DNA of 64,000 nucleotides from the IMG/VR virus record IMGVR_UViG_3300045988_062804. One strand, given 5' to 3'. Below, one piece after another: positions 52,889-63,360 of this stretch (positions are counted from its first letter, which is position 1; each line of letters starts with the position of its first letter). The position numbers and the translations under genes are program-made. The stretch comes from a virus. Under the pieces are notes generated by a model. That model saw only the letters and a program-made list of their open reading frames with translations. It was not told the origin of the DNA and did not search any database.

Positions 52889-54955
52889 ATGCTAGTAGTA
52901 AAACGAAACAAGACAGTACAGCCCTTTGACTGGGGTAAGATTGACTTAGCAATCACTAAAGCATTCCATGCTGTTAATGAACCTATTGACATGGATATTC
53001 TTAGTGATGTAAAAGATGAATTATACTTTAACAACATTATCTCTGTAGAAGAGATTCAAGACCAAATAGAGAAGGCTCTTATGGCTTGTGATTATTATAA
53101 TGTTGCTAAAGCATTTATCTTATATAGGCAGAAACAAGCTGAACTTAGAACCTTAACAAGCAAGAAACAGTTTATTAAGGACTATGCTAAGGCTAGTAAT
53201 GCCGCAACAGGTAGTAAATATGATTCTAATGCTAATGTTACTGAGAAGAACATTGTAACTCTTAATGGTGAACTCTTCAAGGGTGATATTATTAAGGTGA
53301 ATCGTACTATACTTACCGATAAGATTAGAGAAATGTATGGCGAGGATTTAGCTAAGGAGTATATCCAAATGCTAGAATCACACGTATTATATAAACATGA
53401 TGAGACAAGTATTATGCCATATTGTGTGGCAATTACTATGTATCCATTCTTGTTAGAAGGTTTACAGCCTATTGGAGGTTTATCTGCTAAACCTAAGAAC
53501 TTAGACTCATTCTGTGGAATGTTTGTGAATCTAGTATTTGCAATTAGTTCACAGTTTGCTGGTGCAGTAGCTACTGGTGAGTTTCTAATGTACTTTGATT
53601 ACTTTGCTCGTAAGGAGTGGGGTGATGACTACTGGAAACGTCCAGAAGAGATGGTTGATAAGCATAGGAACATTGACAAGACTCTTGAGCAGAAGTTCCA
53701 GCAGATTGTATATTCAATCAATCAGCCTGCTGCTGCTCGTAACTTCCAATCAGTATTCTGGAATATCAGTTACTTTGACAAGTATTACTTTGAAGGTTTG
53801 TTCGGAGAGTTTGTATTCCCTGATGGAAGTAAACCTCAATGGGATTCATTGAACTGGCTGCAGAAGAAGTTCATGTCGTGGTTTAACGAGGAGAGGACTA
53901 AGTGTATTCTTACCTTCCCAGTTGAAACTGTTGCATTACTTACTGATGGTGAGGACATTCGTGACAAAGAATGGGCTGACTTCACTGCTGAAATGTATAG
54001 TAAGGGACATTCGTTCTTTACCTATACTTCTGATAGTGCAGACTCACTATCATCATGTTGTAGGTTGAGGAATGAGGTTAGTGACAATCAATTCTCCTAT
54101 TCATTAGGTGCTGGAGGTATTGCTACTGGTAGTAAGTCTGTAATGACTCTCAATATCAATAGGCTAGTACAGGATGCAGTTAATAAGGGATATGATATGA
54201 TTGATTATCTACGCTCTCAGGTTCAGAAGGTTCATAAATTCCAAACAGCATATAATGAATTGCTAAAGGATTATCTAAAGGATGGTCTACTAACAGTTTA
54301 TACTGCTGGATTTATTAATCTGAAGAAGCAATACCTAACTGTAGGTGTTAATGGTGTTATCGAAGCTGCTGAGTTCTTAGGAATAGAAGTAAGTGATAAT
54401 GATACCTATAGAGAGTTCATGCAGTCAATTCTTAAGGCTATTAGTGATGAAAATCGTAAGGCTAAAACCAAAGAGTTGATGTTCAATACTGAGTTCGTTC
54501 CAGCTGAGAACCTTGGAGTTAAACACGCTAATTGGGATAGGAAGGATGGTTACTTTGTACCTAGAGATTGCTATAATAGCTATTTCTATGCAGTAGAGGA
54601 CACATCTTTAACTATCTTTGATAAGTTCAAACTTCATGGAAAAGAGTATGTTAAATACTTGGACGGAGGTAGTGCACTGCATATGAACTTAGAAGAGCAC
54701 CTTACTAAAGACCAATACAGAAATCTATTAAAGGTTGCGGCTGCTAATGGTACTAATTACTTTACCTTTAATATTCCAAATACTATCTGTAATGATTGTG
54801 GGCACATTGATAAGAGATACTTGCATGAGTGTCCTAAGTGTGGAAGCAAGAATATAGACTATGCTACTAGGATTATTGGGTATCTAAAGAGAATTAGTAA
54901 CTTTAGTGAAGCTAGACAGAAAGAAGCTAGTAAACGTTATTACTATAAACAATAA
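52889..54955 (+). CDS. nrdD: anaerobic ribonucleoside-triphosphate reductase
   Basis: N-terminal ATP-cone (VVKRNKTVQPFDWGKI), C-terminal CNDCGH...CPKCGS zinc site, and glycyl-radical segment TRIIGYL. Confidence 0.9.
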   Translation: MLVVKRNKTVQPFDWGKIDLAITKAFHAVNEPIDMDILSDVKDELYFNNIISVEEIQDQIEKALMACDYYNVAKAFILYRQKQAELRTLTSKKQFIKDYAKASNAATGSKYDSNANVTEKNIVTLNGELFKGDIIKVNRTILTDKIREMYGEDLAKEYIQMLESHVLYKHDETSIMPYCVAITMYPFLLEGLQPIGGLSAKPKNLDSFCGMFVNLVFAISSQFAGAVATGEFLMYFDYFARKEWGDDYWKRPEEMVDKHRNIDKTLEQKFQQIVYSINQPAAARNFQSVFWNISYFDKYYFEGLFGEFVFPDGSKPQWDSLNWLQKKFMSWFNEERTKCILTFPVETVALLTDGEDIRDKEWADFTAEMYSKGHSFFTYTSDSADSLSSCCRLRNEVSDNQFSYSLGAGGIATGSKSVMTLNINRLVQDAVNKGYDMIDYLRSQVQKVHKFQTAYNELLKDYLKDGLLTVYTAGFINLKKQYLTVGVNGVIEAAEFLGIEVSDNDTYREFMQSILKAISDENRKAKTKELMFNTEFVPAENLGVKHANWDRKDGYFVPRDCYNSYFYAVEDTSLTIFDKFKLHGKEYVKYLDGGSALHMNLEEHLTKDQYRNLLKVAAANGTNYFTFNIPNTICNDCGHIDKRYLHECPKCGSKNIDYATRIIGYLKRISNFSEARQKEASKRYYYKQ

Positions 54956-54960
54956 GAATC

Positions 54961-55170
54961 ATGGTTCTATTTCAAATCATATTTATTGCTATCCTGCTCC
55001 TAGAAATAGGGGTAGGATTGGCAGTAAAGTATAACCACAATGGTCTCCAAGATAAGTTAGTATCTATGTTCATGCGTATGGACATTGAACATTACATTAG
55101 GTATCAGTTCCCAGATAAGTGGGTATTGCAGATGGTATTCTTACTAATCTTATTCCTATTGTGTATATGA
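54961..55170 (+). CDS. small membrane protein (69 aa)
   Basis: Two hydrophobic helices; ATGA overlap with the next gene. Confidence 0.45.
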   Translation: MVLFQIIFIAILLLEIGVGLAVKYNHNGLQDKLVSMFMRMDIEHYIRYQFPDKWVLQMVFLLILFLLCI

Positions 55171-55517
55171 CAGGTATAGAGGATGGATGGGTATGTAATG
55201 TAGAGTTAGCTAAGAATATTATATTAGCTCATTTCAGTACATCAAGATACTACCTTAGCCCAGTCTACGGAGATAAATCCATGGATGATTGGCTAGATAA
55301 AGTTGAGAATAACCTACAGGACTTTGACGGAGACTTCTCAATTATGAGAGAAGGTGGCTGGTTTTTAGGTGGTCCAGATGGTTGGTCTGGCTTTATCATT
55401 TGTACATTGGACACATGGCTGAAAGAAATGGATGGATGTGACCCTAATGAAGAGGTTTTATCTGTATATGAAGTAGATGGGAAGCCTACTGTATTTGTCT
55501 TACATGAATCTGATTGA
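55167..55517 (+). CDS. hypothetical protein (116 aa)
   Basis: ATG at 55167 (ATGA overlap). Confidence 0.5.
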   Translation: MTGIEDGWVCNVELAKNIILAHFSTSRYYLSPVYGDKSMDDWLDKVENNLQDFDGDFSIMREGGWFLGGPDGWSGFIICTLDTWLKEMDGCDPNEEVLSVYEVDGKPTVFVLHESD

Positions 55518-55518
55518 T

Positions 55519-56004
55519 ATGCTGAAGTATGTTAATTATGATATAGTCTTCCAGGAGATACCAAATGAAACTACACTTGCTATTAACATCTCAAACTGTC
55601 CTTGTCATTGTAAGGGCTGTCATAGTTCTTACTTGGCAGAGGACATTGGAAACTTTCTTGACCTCGGAGCATTAATGCGTCTAATAGACAAGAATGAAGG
55701 TATCACTTGTGTTGCCTTTATGGGTGGGGATTCAGACCCACAATCTGTTAGTATGCTAGCTGGTATTGTCCAAACTAAAGGATTGTTAACAGCTTGGTAT
55801 AGTGGTAGGCAAGAACTATCTAAGGATGTCGATATTAAGAACTTCAACTTTATTAAGTTGGGTCCTTATGTTGAAGAATTAGGTGGTCTGAAGAGTCCTA
55901 CAACTAACCAGAGAATGTATGAGGTTAAGATGTGCAGGGAGTTAGATGAAGATGGTAATCCTATATATGGACTAGAAGACATAACAAGTTCGTTTTGGAA
56001 ATGA
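55519..56004 (+). CDS. nrdG: anaerobic RNR activating protein (radical SAM)
   Basis: NCPCHCKGCHS (CxxxCxxC); start set to the ATG at 55519, just after the upstream stop (the ORF track starts at 55477). Confidence 0.8.
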   Translation: MLKYVNYDIVFQEIPNETTLAINISNCPCHCKGCHSSYLAEDIGNFLDLGALMRLIDKNEGITCVAFMGGDSDPQSVSMLAGIVQTKGLLTAWYSGRQELSKDVDIKNFNFIKLGPYVEELGGLKSPTTNQRMYEVKMCRELDEDGNPIYGLEDITSSFWK

Positions 56005-57422
56005 ATACCAAATTACCCTTTAGTGGGCACTCGCTGAGGAAGGTAAGAGAACCAAGTAGACCCCGTATTACCTTAGCAGAGGAGCAAATAAAGGCTCTTG
56101 AAAGGATGAAAGACTTTCTAAATACAGAGGAGCCAGTACTAGTATTACAAGGTTATGCTGGTACTGGTAAAACCTCTATCCTTAATGAATATATACAATT
56201 CCTAAGGTCTACTAGGGAGGACTTCATATTGTGTGCCCCTACACATAAAGCTAAGTTAGTAGTAGAAGAGGTAACTGGTGAAGATGCAATGACTGTCCAT
56301 AAACTGTTATCTCTTGCTCCTAATATAGAGATATTTGAATTAGACTACAAAGATTTAAAATTCCAGTGTAATGGGTTTGGTGAAATACCTGATAATGGTA
56401 TTGTTATTATAGATGAAGCATCTATGATTAATGATGAAATATATAAGTTACTACTTGATATGTGTAATCAATATGGAACTAAGTTGCTATTCATTGGAGA
56501 TAAGGCTCAAATACAGCCTGTGTGTAGTAAGAGTACAAGTTTAGTATTTAATTGCCCGAACATTATTACACTAACTCAAATTCATAGACAAGCTGATACT
56601 AATGGATTATTGCCGTTATTATCAAGACTAAGAGAAAGACCCATGCGGAGATTTGAACCTATCAAAGCCCCCGAAGGGTCTTTAATTATATGTGACCAAG
56701 CCAAAGACTTTATGGTCAGAAGTGCTGACTTCTTTAAGCAAGCTATTAAGAAGCAGGACGTTAACGAAGTGAAGCTTATAGCATATACTAATGCTAGAGT
56801 ACAGGGATTCAATCAATGTATGAGAAAGCTGCTTTGGGAGGACAATGTAGCCAATGAATATAATCAGTTCGAGTTCTTGACTGGTTATGAGAACTTTGAG
56901 TATAATGGTACTCAGTTTTACAATTCTTTGGACTATATAATAGTAGGTACTCCTAAGAGAGTAGAAAGACATATTCCACATTTCATGAAGATGCCTGGGT
57001 ATGAGCTTGAACTATATGATACAGTATATAAGAAGTTATTAACTGTATTTATATTAGAAAGAGACATCAACAAAGACTATATAGATAGCCTTGCTGCTAC
57101 AATAGAGAATTTTAGAATATCTGCTATTGAGGCTAAAAGAAATGGTAACCGTACTAGGTCTACATTCTTATGGAAGAAGTACTTTGAAATGATTAAGAGC
57201 TTCGCTACTCCTAGAGATATAATGTGGGATAATAGGGTTATTAAAAAGAAGACATTCGACTATGGGTATGCATCAACTATTCATAAGATTCAAGGAAGCT
57301 CTCTTGGAACAGTGTTCATTGATATGGCAAACGTTCTTGTTTGTAAGAATGTTGACGAGATTAGGCAGATGCAATACGTATCGTTGTCAAGAACTAAAAC
57401 AGATGCTTATATATTGGTATAA
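56001..57422 (+). CDS. Dda/RecD-like SF1 DNA helicase
   Basis: QGYAGTGKTS, VIIDEASMI, STIHKIQGSS, YVSLSRTK; ATGA-coupled ATG at 56001. Confidence 0.8.
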   Translation: MNTKLPFSGHSLRKVREPSRPRITLAEEQIKALERMKDFLNTEEPVLVLQGYAGTGKTSILNEYIQFLRSTREDFILCAPTHKAKLVVEEVTGEDAMTVHKLLSLAPNIEIFELDYKDLKFQCNGFGEIPDNGIVIIDEASMINDEIYKLLLDMCNQYGTKLLFIGDKAQIQPVCSKSTSLVFNCPNIITLTQIHRQADTNGLLPLLSRLRERPMRRFEPIKAPEGSLIICDQAKDFMVRSADFFKQAIKKQDVNEVKLIAYTNARVQGFNQCMRKLLWEDNVANEYNQFEFLTGYENFEYNGTQFYNSLDYIIVGTPKRVERHIPHFMKMPGYELELYDTVYKKLLTVFILERDINKDYIDSLAATIENFRISAIEAKRNGNRTRSTFLWKKYFEMIKSFATPRDIMWDNRVIKKKTFDYGYASTIHKIQGSSLGTVFIDMANVLVCKNVDEIRQMQYVSLSRTKTDAYILV

Positions 57423-57433
57423 TCCGACTAAAC

Positions 57434-57715
57434 ATGACTGTAAAGATAGTTTATAGTGAAACTTGCCTGCCTCTTAAGAATAAGGTGGTAGCATACATCT
57501 GGGAGAAATTCCCTAAGATAGAAGTTGAAACTTACGATGAACTACACTATAAGGATAAGAAGAAAGCTATTATGATTAAAGCATCATGTGGCACTAGGTT
57601 AGTTCCTTTCGTTGCTGTCTATGATAACAACAAAGAACTAATTAAAGCTTTTTATTCCGAAGTGGGGGATTGTACAGCGGATAACATTATTAAATATTTG
57701 AATGAGGTTCAGTGA
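57434..57715 (+). CDS. hypothetical protein (93 aa; thioredoxin-fold-like, single Cys)
   Basis: VKIVYSETCLPLK resembles a glutaredoxin/NrdH N-terminus but lacks CxxC. Confidence 0.4.
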   Translation: MTVKIVYSETCLPLKNKVVAYIWEKFPKIEVETYDELHYKDKKKAIMIKASCGTRLVPFVAVYDNNKELIKAFYSEVGDCTADNIIKYLNEVQ

Positions 57716-58109
57716 AGCAATAATGTGGGGAGATAGCTTTATACAAGCTACTCTTAAACACAGAGAAGCAAGCCTTAAAGACTTTGTGAGAGTAGGGGGA
57801 AACCCTAAACTCCACAGAGCTTTGAAAGACTCTAAAGTTGGCTATATTAAGATTACTAAAGTCTCTAGTAATGGAGGGTACTTATCCGCAGGTGAATCTG
57901 AGGAGGGCATCACCGCTGCATTTGGAGAAGGTCTTAGTCTTTACATAGCTGACGTAGAACAGTGGTATAGAACATCTGTAATCCAGAAGATTTACTGGGA
58001 TAAGGGTGAGTTCACCACGCTAAATTCAAGATACAAGTTCGAATTTGAAGAGATTGATTATCGTCCTATTCTTGAAGAAATGAAGAATGAAAGTACAAGT
58101 AATAAATAA
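57702..58109 (+). CDS. hypothetical protein (135 aa)
   Basis: ORF; no motif recognised. Confidence 0.5.
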   Translation: MRFSEAIMWGDSFIQATLKHREASLKDFVRVGGNPKLHRALKDSKVGYIKITKVSSNGGYLSAGESEEGITAAFGEGLSLYIADVEQWYRTSVIQKIYWDKGEFTTLNSRYKFEFEEIDYRPILEEMKNESTSNK

Positions 58110-58596
58110 ATCTCAATGGGAACTCCCAAAGTGTGAAACCTTATTCTCTGCTGGCATGGATGTCAGAGGAGATTTCAGTAGAATTAAACTAGTAGATAGT
58201 AAACCAGAGAAGTTCTTCTTTGATGCTGATGCTGTTGGTATATTAGAAGGCAAGGTTAAGACTATTGAAATTAAGCCTGGAGGTAGATGTCTAATCCCTA
58301 CTGGTCTATTTGTAGCTATTCCACAAGGATATGAGTTGCAATGTAGAATGAGAAGTGGATTAGCATTAAAGATGGGACTTACTCTTACTAATGGAATTGG
58401 TACTATTGATGCTGATTACAGAGGTGAGATAGGTATTATCTTAACTAATACATCTAATATTCCTGTTCGCATTAATGACGGTGAAAGACTAATGCAGTTA
58501 GTTCTTGCTAAGCATGAAGTAGCTGAATGGGAAGAAGTAGAAGTACTTCCAGAAACAGATAGAGGTGAAGGTGGATTTGGACATACTGGTAAGTAA
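58087..58596 (+). CDS. dut: dUTP diphosphatase
   Basis: [30 protein letters not shown]. Confidence 0.9.
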   Translation: MKVQVINKSQWELPKCETLFSAGMDVRGDFSRIKLVDSKPEKFFFDADAVGILEGKVKTIEIKPGGRCLIPTGLFVAIPQGYELQCRMRSGLALKMGLTLTNGIGTIDADYRGEIGIILTNTSNIPVRINDGERLMQLVLAKHEVAEWEEVEVLPETDRGEGGFGHTGK

Positions 58597-58817
58597 TGGG
58601 AGCAATAGACCCTATCATAGGTTATAGTCAGAAGATTACAGAGCTTACATCTAAGATTAAGCAATGTGATGATGACGTAGAGGATGCTTATGCTGTAATA
58701 GAGAATCTAAAGCAACACAAAGCCGACTTAATCAAGGAAAGAGATACTATTATTACTGTTCTTAAAGAGTTCTTATCTCAACCAATATCTATGGCTGAGT
58801 TAGACGATGATATGTGA
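58596..58817 (+). CDS. hypothetical protein (73 aa)
   Basis: TAATG-coupled ORF. Confidence 0.5.
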   Translation: MGAIDPIIGYSQKITELTSKIKQCDDDVEDAYAVIENLKQHKADLIKERDTIITVLKEFLSQPISMAELDDDM

Positions 58818-60019
58818 TGGATATTCTAGTTAGTAAAGACAATAAGGGTAAAATCAGAGTTGTTGAGATTGACTATGAATGGGATGATTCAAGAAGAGGC
58901 TTTGTAATAAGAAGACGTACTTACCAATATGCTGGTAAGGTATCAGTTCAGCCAGAAATCTGGATATTTACAGGTAAGGCTAAGCGAACTGTTACTGAGC
59001 AAGTTAAATTGGAGTATGCTTCCCATTTGAAGAAGTATCAAGATAAAGGATATAAGCTATTACCATCTAACATCAGTATTGATGATAGTAAGGCAGTAGC
59101 TGACTTCGTCCAAGAACAGATGGGCGAAGGTGTTTCTGACTCTAATGGGTTTAAGAAGCATATGTTGGCTAAACAAGCTGACAAAGTTGCAACCAGTGTA
59201 TTCGATAAGATTAAGTACTGGTGGGGGAGTAGGAAGATAGATGGAGTTAGATGCTCCTTCTACTGGAAAGACGGAGAAGTAAGAACTGCCTCTAGAGGAG
59301 GTGGTGATTATGATGCTTCTACTTCCTTTATGCGCCACAATCCGAAACTTATTCAATTCTTTGAGGAACATCCTGATGTTGTATTAGATGGTGAGCTATA
59401 TGAACATGGCAAATCTCTACAGCAAATCAGTGGTGCAGCAAGATTGGAGAAAGATACAGCTGGAATGAATTGGCTTGAATATTATATCTATGATGTAATG
59501 GATAGTACTAAGACATTTGAAGAGCGGTTAGACATTCTCCATGATATTGCTAATGAGTTAGGCTTAGGCTTTGACCCAGAAAGGCAATGGGCTGAAGGGG
59601 ACTTAAAGTTCCAAATGGTTCCACAAGAGAAGGTTGTTGGATGGGCAAATATACAAAAGCTACATGACAAGTATGTGGGTGAAGGCTTTGAGGGAATAGT
59701 TATTCGTGACCCTTCTAAGGTATATAACTTTGGAGGGAGAACTAATGCTATGATTAAAGTCAAAATGTATAAAGATGCTGAATTTAAAATTGTTGGTTAT
59801 GAAGATGGCTTACGTCCAGAAGACATGGTATTCGTATGTGAGACTGAATTAGGTATTAAGTTTGAAGCTAAACCTATGGGTCCTCGTGAATTAAAATGGG
59901 AATACCTTGACAGAATGGATGAAATCATTGGTAAGATGGCTACTGTAAAGTATTTCTATCTTAGTGATGAAGGTTGTCCTCTACAGCCAGTTCTAAAATG
60001 TATTAGGGACTATGAGTAA
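58814..60019 (+). CDS. ATP-dependent DNA ligase
   Basis: Motif I SRKIDGVR (KxDG), FEGIVIRD, AMIKVK. Confidence 0.85.
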   Translation: MMDILVSKDNKGKIRVVEIDYEWDDSRRGFVIRRRTYQYAGKVSVQPEIWIFTGKAKRTVTEQVKLEYASHLKKYQDKGYKLLPSNISIDDSKAVADFVQEQMGEGVSDSNGFKKHMLAKQADKVATSVFDKIKYWWGSRKIDGVRCSFYWKDGEVRTASRGGGDYDASTSFMRHNPKLIQFFEEHPDVVLDGELYEHGKSLQQISGAARLEKDTAGMNWLEYYIYDVMDSTKTFEERLDILHDIANELGLGFDPERQWAEGDLKFQMVPQEKVVGWANIQKLHDKYVGEGFEGIVIRDPSKVYNFGGRTNAMIKVKMYKDAEFKIVGYEDGLRPEDMVFVCETELGIKFEAKPMGPRELKWEYLDRMDEIIGKMATVKYFYLSDEGCPLQPVLKCIRDYE

Positions 60020-60257
60020 TTACAAAATACCCTATCGTTATGACGTGCATTGGGGTTTCATTGATAATCAGATTGAGCTTAATCCAGAGGATTATCTTGA
60101 TTACGAGGATGAATGTGAACTAAACGATGCAGTTTATGATGCAATATGGGATAGTTTTAGTGTCGGAGACTTAGATATAGACCAGGCAGAAATGGACTTT
60201 AGTCTGCCTAAGGAATTTGTTGACGAGTGGAAGAGACTTAAAGGCTATGAAATATGA
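60012..60257 (+). CDS. hypothetical acidic protein (81 aa)
   Basis: ORF overlapping the ligase stop by 8 nt. Confidence 0.5.
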   Translation: MSNYKIPYRYDVHWGFIDNQIELNPEDYLDYEDECELNDAVYDAIWDSFSVGDLDIDQAEMDFSLPKEFVDEWKRLKGYEI

Positions 60258-60552
60258 TATTCCTAGTAAGGTTAGAATAGCTAATCACTGGTATAAAGTT
60301 ATACTATGCGATTTTATAGATAATGGTGATACATTTGGTTCTCACTGCAACTTAAAGCTTGAAATCAAAGTAGCAGAATGTATGAAAACTGATGATGGGG
60401 AGACTGTTAACCTGACCGAAGAGCAGATTAAGAACTCTTTCTGGCATGAGATATTCCATGCATTTAACTATTACTATAACAATAAGCAAGATGAGTCGTT
60501 AGCACAAACATTCGCCAACTTTATGCGTGAATTTGAACTTACACGAGAATGA
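60247..60552 (+). CDS. putative zinc metallopeptidase (HExxH)
   Basis: FWHEIFHAFNY; start set to the ATG at 60247. Confidence 0.45.
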   Translation: MKYDIPSKVRIANHWYKVILCDFIDNGDTFGSHCNLKLEIKVAECMKTDDGETVNLTEEQIKNSFWHEIFHAFNYYYNNKQDESLAQTFANFMREFELTRE

Positions 60553-60800
60553 ATTATATTGTAGTTTTTAGGAGGAGAGGGATTTTAATGTCCCTCTTCT
60601 TTGCTTATAGAGACGAATCTGATATTGTCTATAAGGATGATACATTGATTCGTAACGTAGATGACGTTATTAAAGCGATGGATGAATACTTCTCTCCTGA
60701 TGATGGTGAATATGTAATAAGGGAAACCTTCTTAGATTCATACGCATTTAGGGAGGATAATCAAGCTATCACTGAACATTTAAGAAAGTTCTTACATTGA
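60549..60800 (+). CDS. hypothetical protein (83 aa)
   Basis: ATGA-coupled ORF. Confidence 0.5.
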   Translation: MNYIVVFRRRGILMSLFFAYRDESDIVYKDDTLIRNVDDVIKAMDEYFSPDDGEYVIRETFLDSYAFREDNQAITEHLRKFLH

Positions 60801-61105
60801 AGAAAGTAACGTTCCTTAAATTATTAGACCTTATATCAAATGTAGGTAAGGATACAGAGAAGTTAGAAGAACTTGGTATTGATGTATGCGAAAGTACATT
60901 AGTCAATGGTATGTGTGAATTGTTCGATGCTGTTATGGAAGATGCTTATGGTCAAGAAGGACTTGAATGGGTTCAATGGTGGGTATACGAGAAATCTCGC
61001 AACCCAGAACTCAAAGCATATGAAACTAATGAACATGGCGAAGACGTTGAAATAATTCGCAGTGTTGATGAACTGTATGACTATCTTGAAGAACATCATA
61101 GCTGA
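60797..61105 (+). CDS. hypothetical acidic protein (102 aa)
   Basis: TTGA-coupled ORF (TTG start at 60797 per the ORF track). Confidence 0.5.
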   Translation: MKKVTFLKLLDLISNVGKDTEKLEELGIDVCESTLVNGMCELFDAVMEDAYGQEGLEWVQWWVYEKSRNPELKAYETNEHGEDVEIIRSVDELYDYLEEHHS

Positions 61106-61156
61106 GACTGTTGCTTAGTAAATCTAAGTTTCACTTTATAAATATTAAAGGTAACA

Positions 61157-61366
61157 ATGGAAGTAAAACAGTTTGATTTTGGAGAGGCTTTGTCCTTTCT
61201 AAAGAGTGGTCTCAAAGTGACTAATCCAAGAGGTAACGTCCTCTTCATGGAGAATGGTAAAGTTTACTGTATCCCTAAAGCTCAATACCCTAAGGGTAAG
61301 AGAGAAGAAGTAAAGCTCTACTGGGATGCTATCCTCCGTGATGATTGGAGCTTATTCGAGGAATAG
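61157..61366 (+). CDS. DUF2829-like small protein (Tad2-type fold candidate)
   Basis: FDFGEALSFLKSGLKVTNPRGN resembles the DUF2829 N-terminal signature (F-GEAL-ALK-GKKV-R-GW), recalled from memory. Confidence 0.4.
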   Translation: MEVKQFDFGEALSFLKSGLKVTNPRGNVLFMENGKVYCIPKAQYPKGKREEVKLYWDAILRDDWSLFEE

Positions 61367-61434
61367 TCACTTTCCTCTTTAAAGATTACCTAATACAGAG
61401 ATTATTTAGTATGGGTTTTCTAAATTTGCTTTAA

Positions 61435-62820
61435 ATGCAATTAACTCAATCACCAAAATTTAACAGAAATTATGCTGCTAAGATTGTAGAGATTAAGGAT
61501 TTTATTAATCATCCTAATCCGAAGTGTGAGAGATTAAAGTGTTGTACAATTGATGGTTATTCTATCGCTGTAAGTATTGATACCAATCCTGGTACATATA
61601 TTTACTTCCCTATAGAATGTGCTATTGATGATAGATTCTTATCTGCCAACAATCTCTTTAGAGATAAGAATAAGAACTTTGATAAGGAACAGGCAGGATT
61701 CTTTGAAGATAATTGTAGAGTGAAGATTATCAAGCTACAAGGTTATCCTTCTGAAGGATTTATTACTCCTATTACATACCTATACAACTGGCTTACTTTA
61801 ATTGGTAAGAAGAGTGAGATAGTACATAAGGTTGCTCCAGGTACTGAGTTTGACTCTGTAGATGGAGAAATCATATGTAGGAAATATGTTCCCAAAGTTG
61901 CTTATACTCTTGGTCAGCCCAGAGAGGGAGGTAAGATAAAGAGAAACCTAAAGAAAGTAAAGAAAGTAATTGATACTCAATTTAGGTTTCATTATGATAC
62001 TACGCTCATTAAGAAGTGTCCATCAGCTGTTCATCCTAACGATATTATAAGCATTACTGCTAAGGTTCATGGAACCTCTGGTATATCTGCTTATGTATTG
62101 TGTGAAAGACCTAAGAAATGGTATGAGAAAGTATTCGAGTTCCTAACTCGTAAAGAGATAGATGATACTCGATATGATTATCTATGGTCTTCTCGTTCAG
62201 TAGTTAAGAATCCATACTACAATGGAACTACTAACGGTGGTTTCTATGGAGTGGACGTATGGAAGTATGCAGATGATGTTGTTAGACCTCATCTACAGAA
62301 AGGAATGACAGCTTACTACGAGATAGTAGGTTATCTGCCAAATGGTGGTGCAATTCAGAAGTTAGGTGGTAAAGCATTTGATTATGGGTTTGAACCTCCG
62401 AGAAGTGCAGATAGGTATAAGTATGGTGAGAACTTTGGAATACAAATCTATCGTTTAACCTATACCAACCCCGACGGACGTGTATATGAGTTTAGTGCAA
62501 GACAGGTGCAACAATGGTGTGCCAAAGAAGGCTTAAAGCCTGTAGAAGAATATTACTATGGCTATGCTAAAGACTTATATCCAGACTTAGATATTGCTGA
62601 GCACTGGAATGAGAACTTCCTACAGAAGTTAGCTAGTGATAAGAATTTCTTCATGGAGTGTGAATCTCCAACTTGTAACAATAAAGTACCTCACGAGGGT
62701 ATTGTTATTAAGATTGAAAACTCCCTATCCGAAGCCTATAAGCTGAAGTGTATTAAATTCCTGGAAGGAGAATCTAAATCACTGGATAAGGGTGAAGTGG
62801 ACATTGAAACTGAATCATAA
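61435..62820 (+). CDS. RNA ligase (nucleotidyltransferase with KxHG motif I, N-terminal extra domain)
   Basis: ISITAKVHGTSG (motif I), YYEIVGY, HEGIVIKIE. Confidence 0.6.
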   Translation: MQLTQSPKFNRNYAAKIVEIKDFINHPNPKCERLKCCTIDGYSIAVSIDTNPGTYIYFPIECAIDDRFLSANNLFRDKNKNFDKEQAGFFEDNCRVKIIKLQGYPSEGFITPITYLYNWLTLIGKKSEIVHKVAPGTEFDSVDGEIICRKYVPKVAYTLGQPREGGKIKRNLKKVKKVIDTQFRFHYDTTLIKKCPSAVHPNDIISITAKVHGTSGISAYVLCERPKKWYEKVFEFLTRKEIDDTRYDYLWSSRSVVKNPYYNGTTNGGFYGVDVWKYADDVVRPHLQKGMTAYYEIVGYLPNGGAIQKLGGKAFDYGFEPPRSADRYKYGENFGIQIYRLTYTNPDGRVYEFSARQVQQWCAKEGLKPVEEYYYGYAKDLYPDLDIAEHWNENFLQKLASDKNFFMECESPTCNNKVPHEGIVIKIENSLSEAYKLKCIKFLEGESKSLDKGEVDIETES

Positions 62821-62845
62821 AGTGAAATTTAAGCTTGAATATGTA

Positions 62846-63043
62846 ATGGAAGTGGATGATTTGGAATTGCTTGAGTTAGTCAATGACTATCAAGAGCGTT
62901 CTGATGAACCCACTTTCAATACATTAGACGACATTCCAGAGGCTCTAATGATAGAAGCCTTAGATGAAGCTAATTACATAGAGGACGAGATTAATGATTA
63001 TATGATGGTAGAAGACATCAGTATTTCTAAACTTGCTAAATAA
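62846..63043 (+). CDS. hypothetical acidic protein (65 aa)
   Basis: ATG at 62846 preferred to 62792, which overlaps the RNA ligase. Confidence 0.45.
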   Translation: MEVDDLELLELVNDYQERSDEPTFNTLDDIPEALMIEALDEANYIEDEINDYMMVEDISISKLAK

Positions 63044-63360
63044 TGAAGAGGTTTCTAATACACGTTAGCACATATTGGTGCGGTATGGATAACACTTTCA
63101 GAGCAGAAGCTGAGAGTGAACTTGAGTTAGATGAAATAGCCGACCAGTTAGCTTATGATAACTTCCAGTCTTATGGATGTGAGGCTGATATAGCAGAAGA
63201 GGAAGGCTATGACCCAGATGAAATGGAAGATTCAGACTGGGATAAGTTGTGGGAGACGGTAGATGAATCTCAGTACTATAATTTCACTATTGAAGAGTTC
63301 GAAGGTGACGACGAAGAGTGGGAAGAGTATGGAGGGGAAATCTATGGAAAAGACAACTAG
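63043..63360 (+). CDS. hypothetical very acidic protein (105 aa)
   Basis: TAATG-coupled; Asp/Glu-rich. Confidence 0.5.
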   Translation: MKRFLIHVSTYWCGMDNTFRAEAESELELDEIADQLAYDNFQSYGCEADIAEEEGYDPDEMEDSDWDKLWETVDESQYYNFTIEEFEGDDEEWEEYGGEIYGKDN

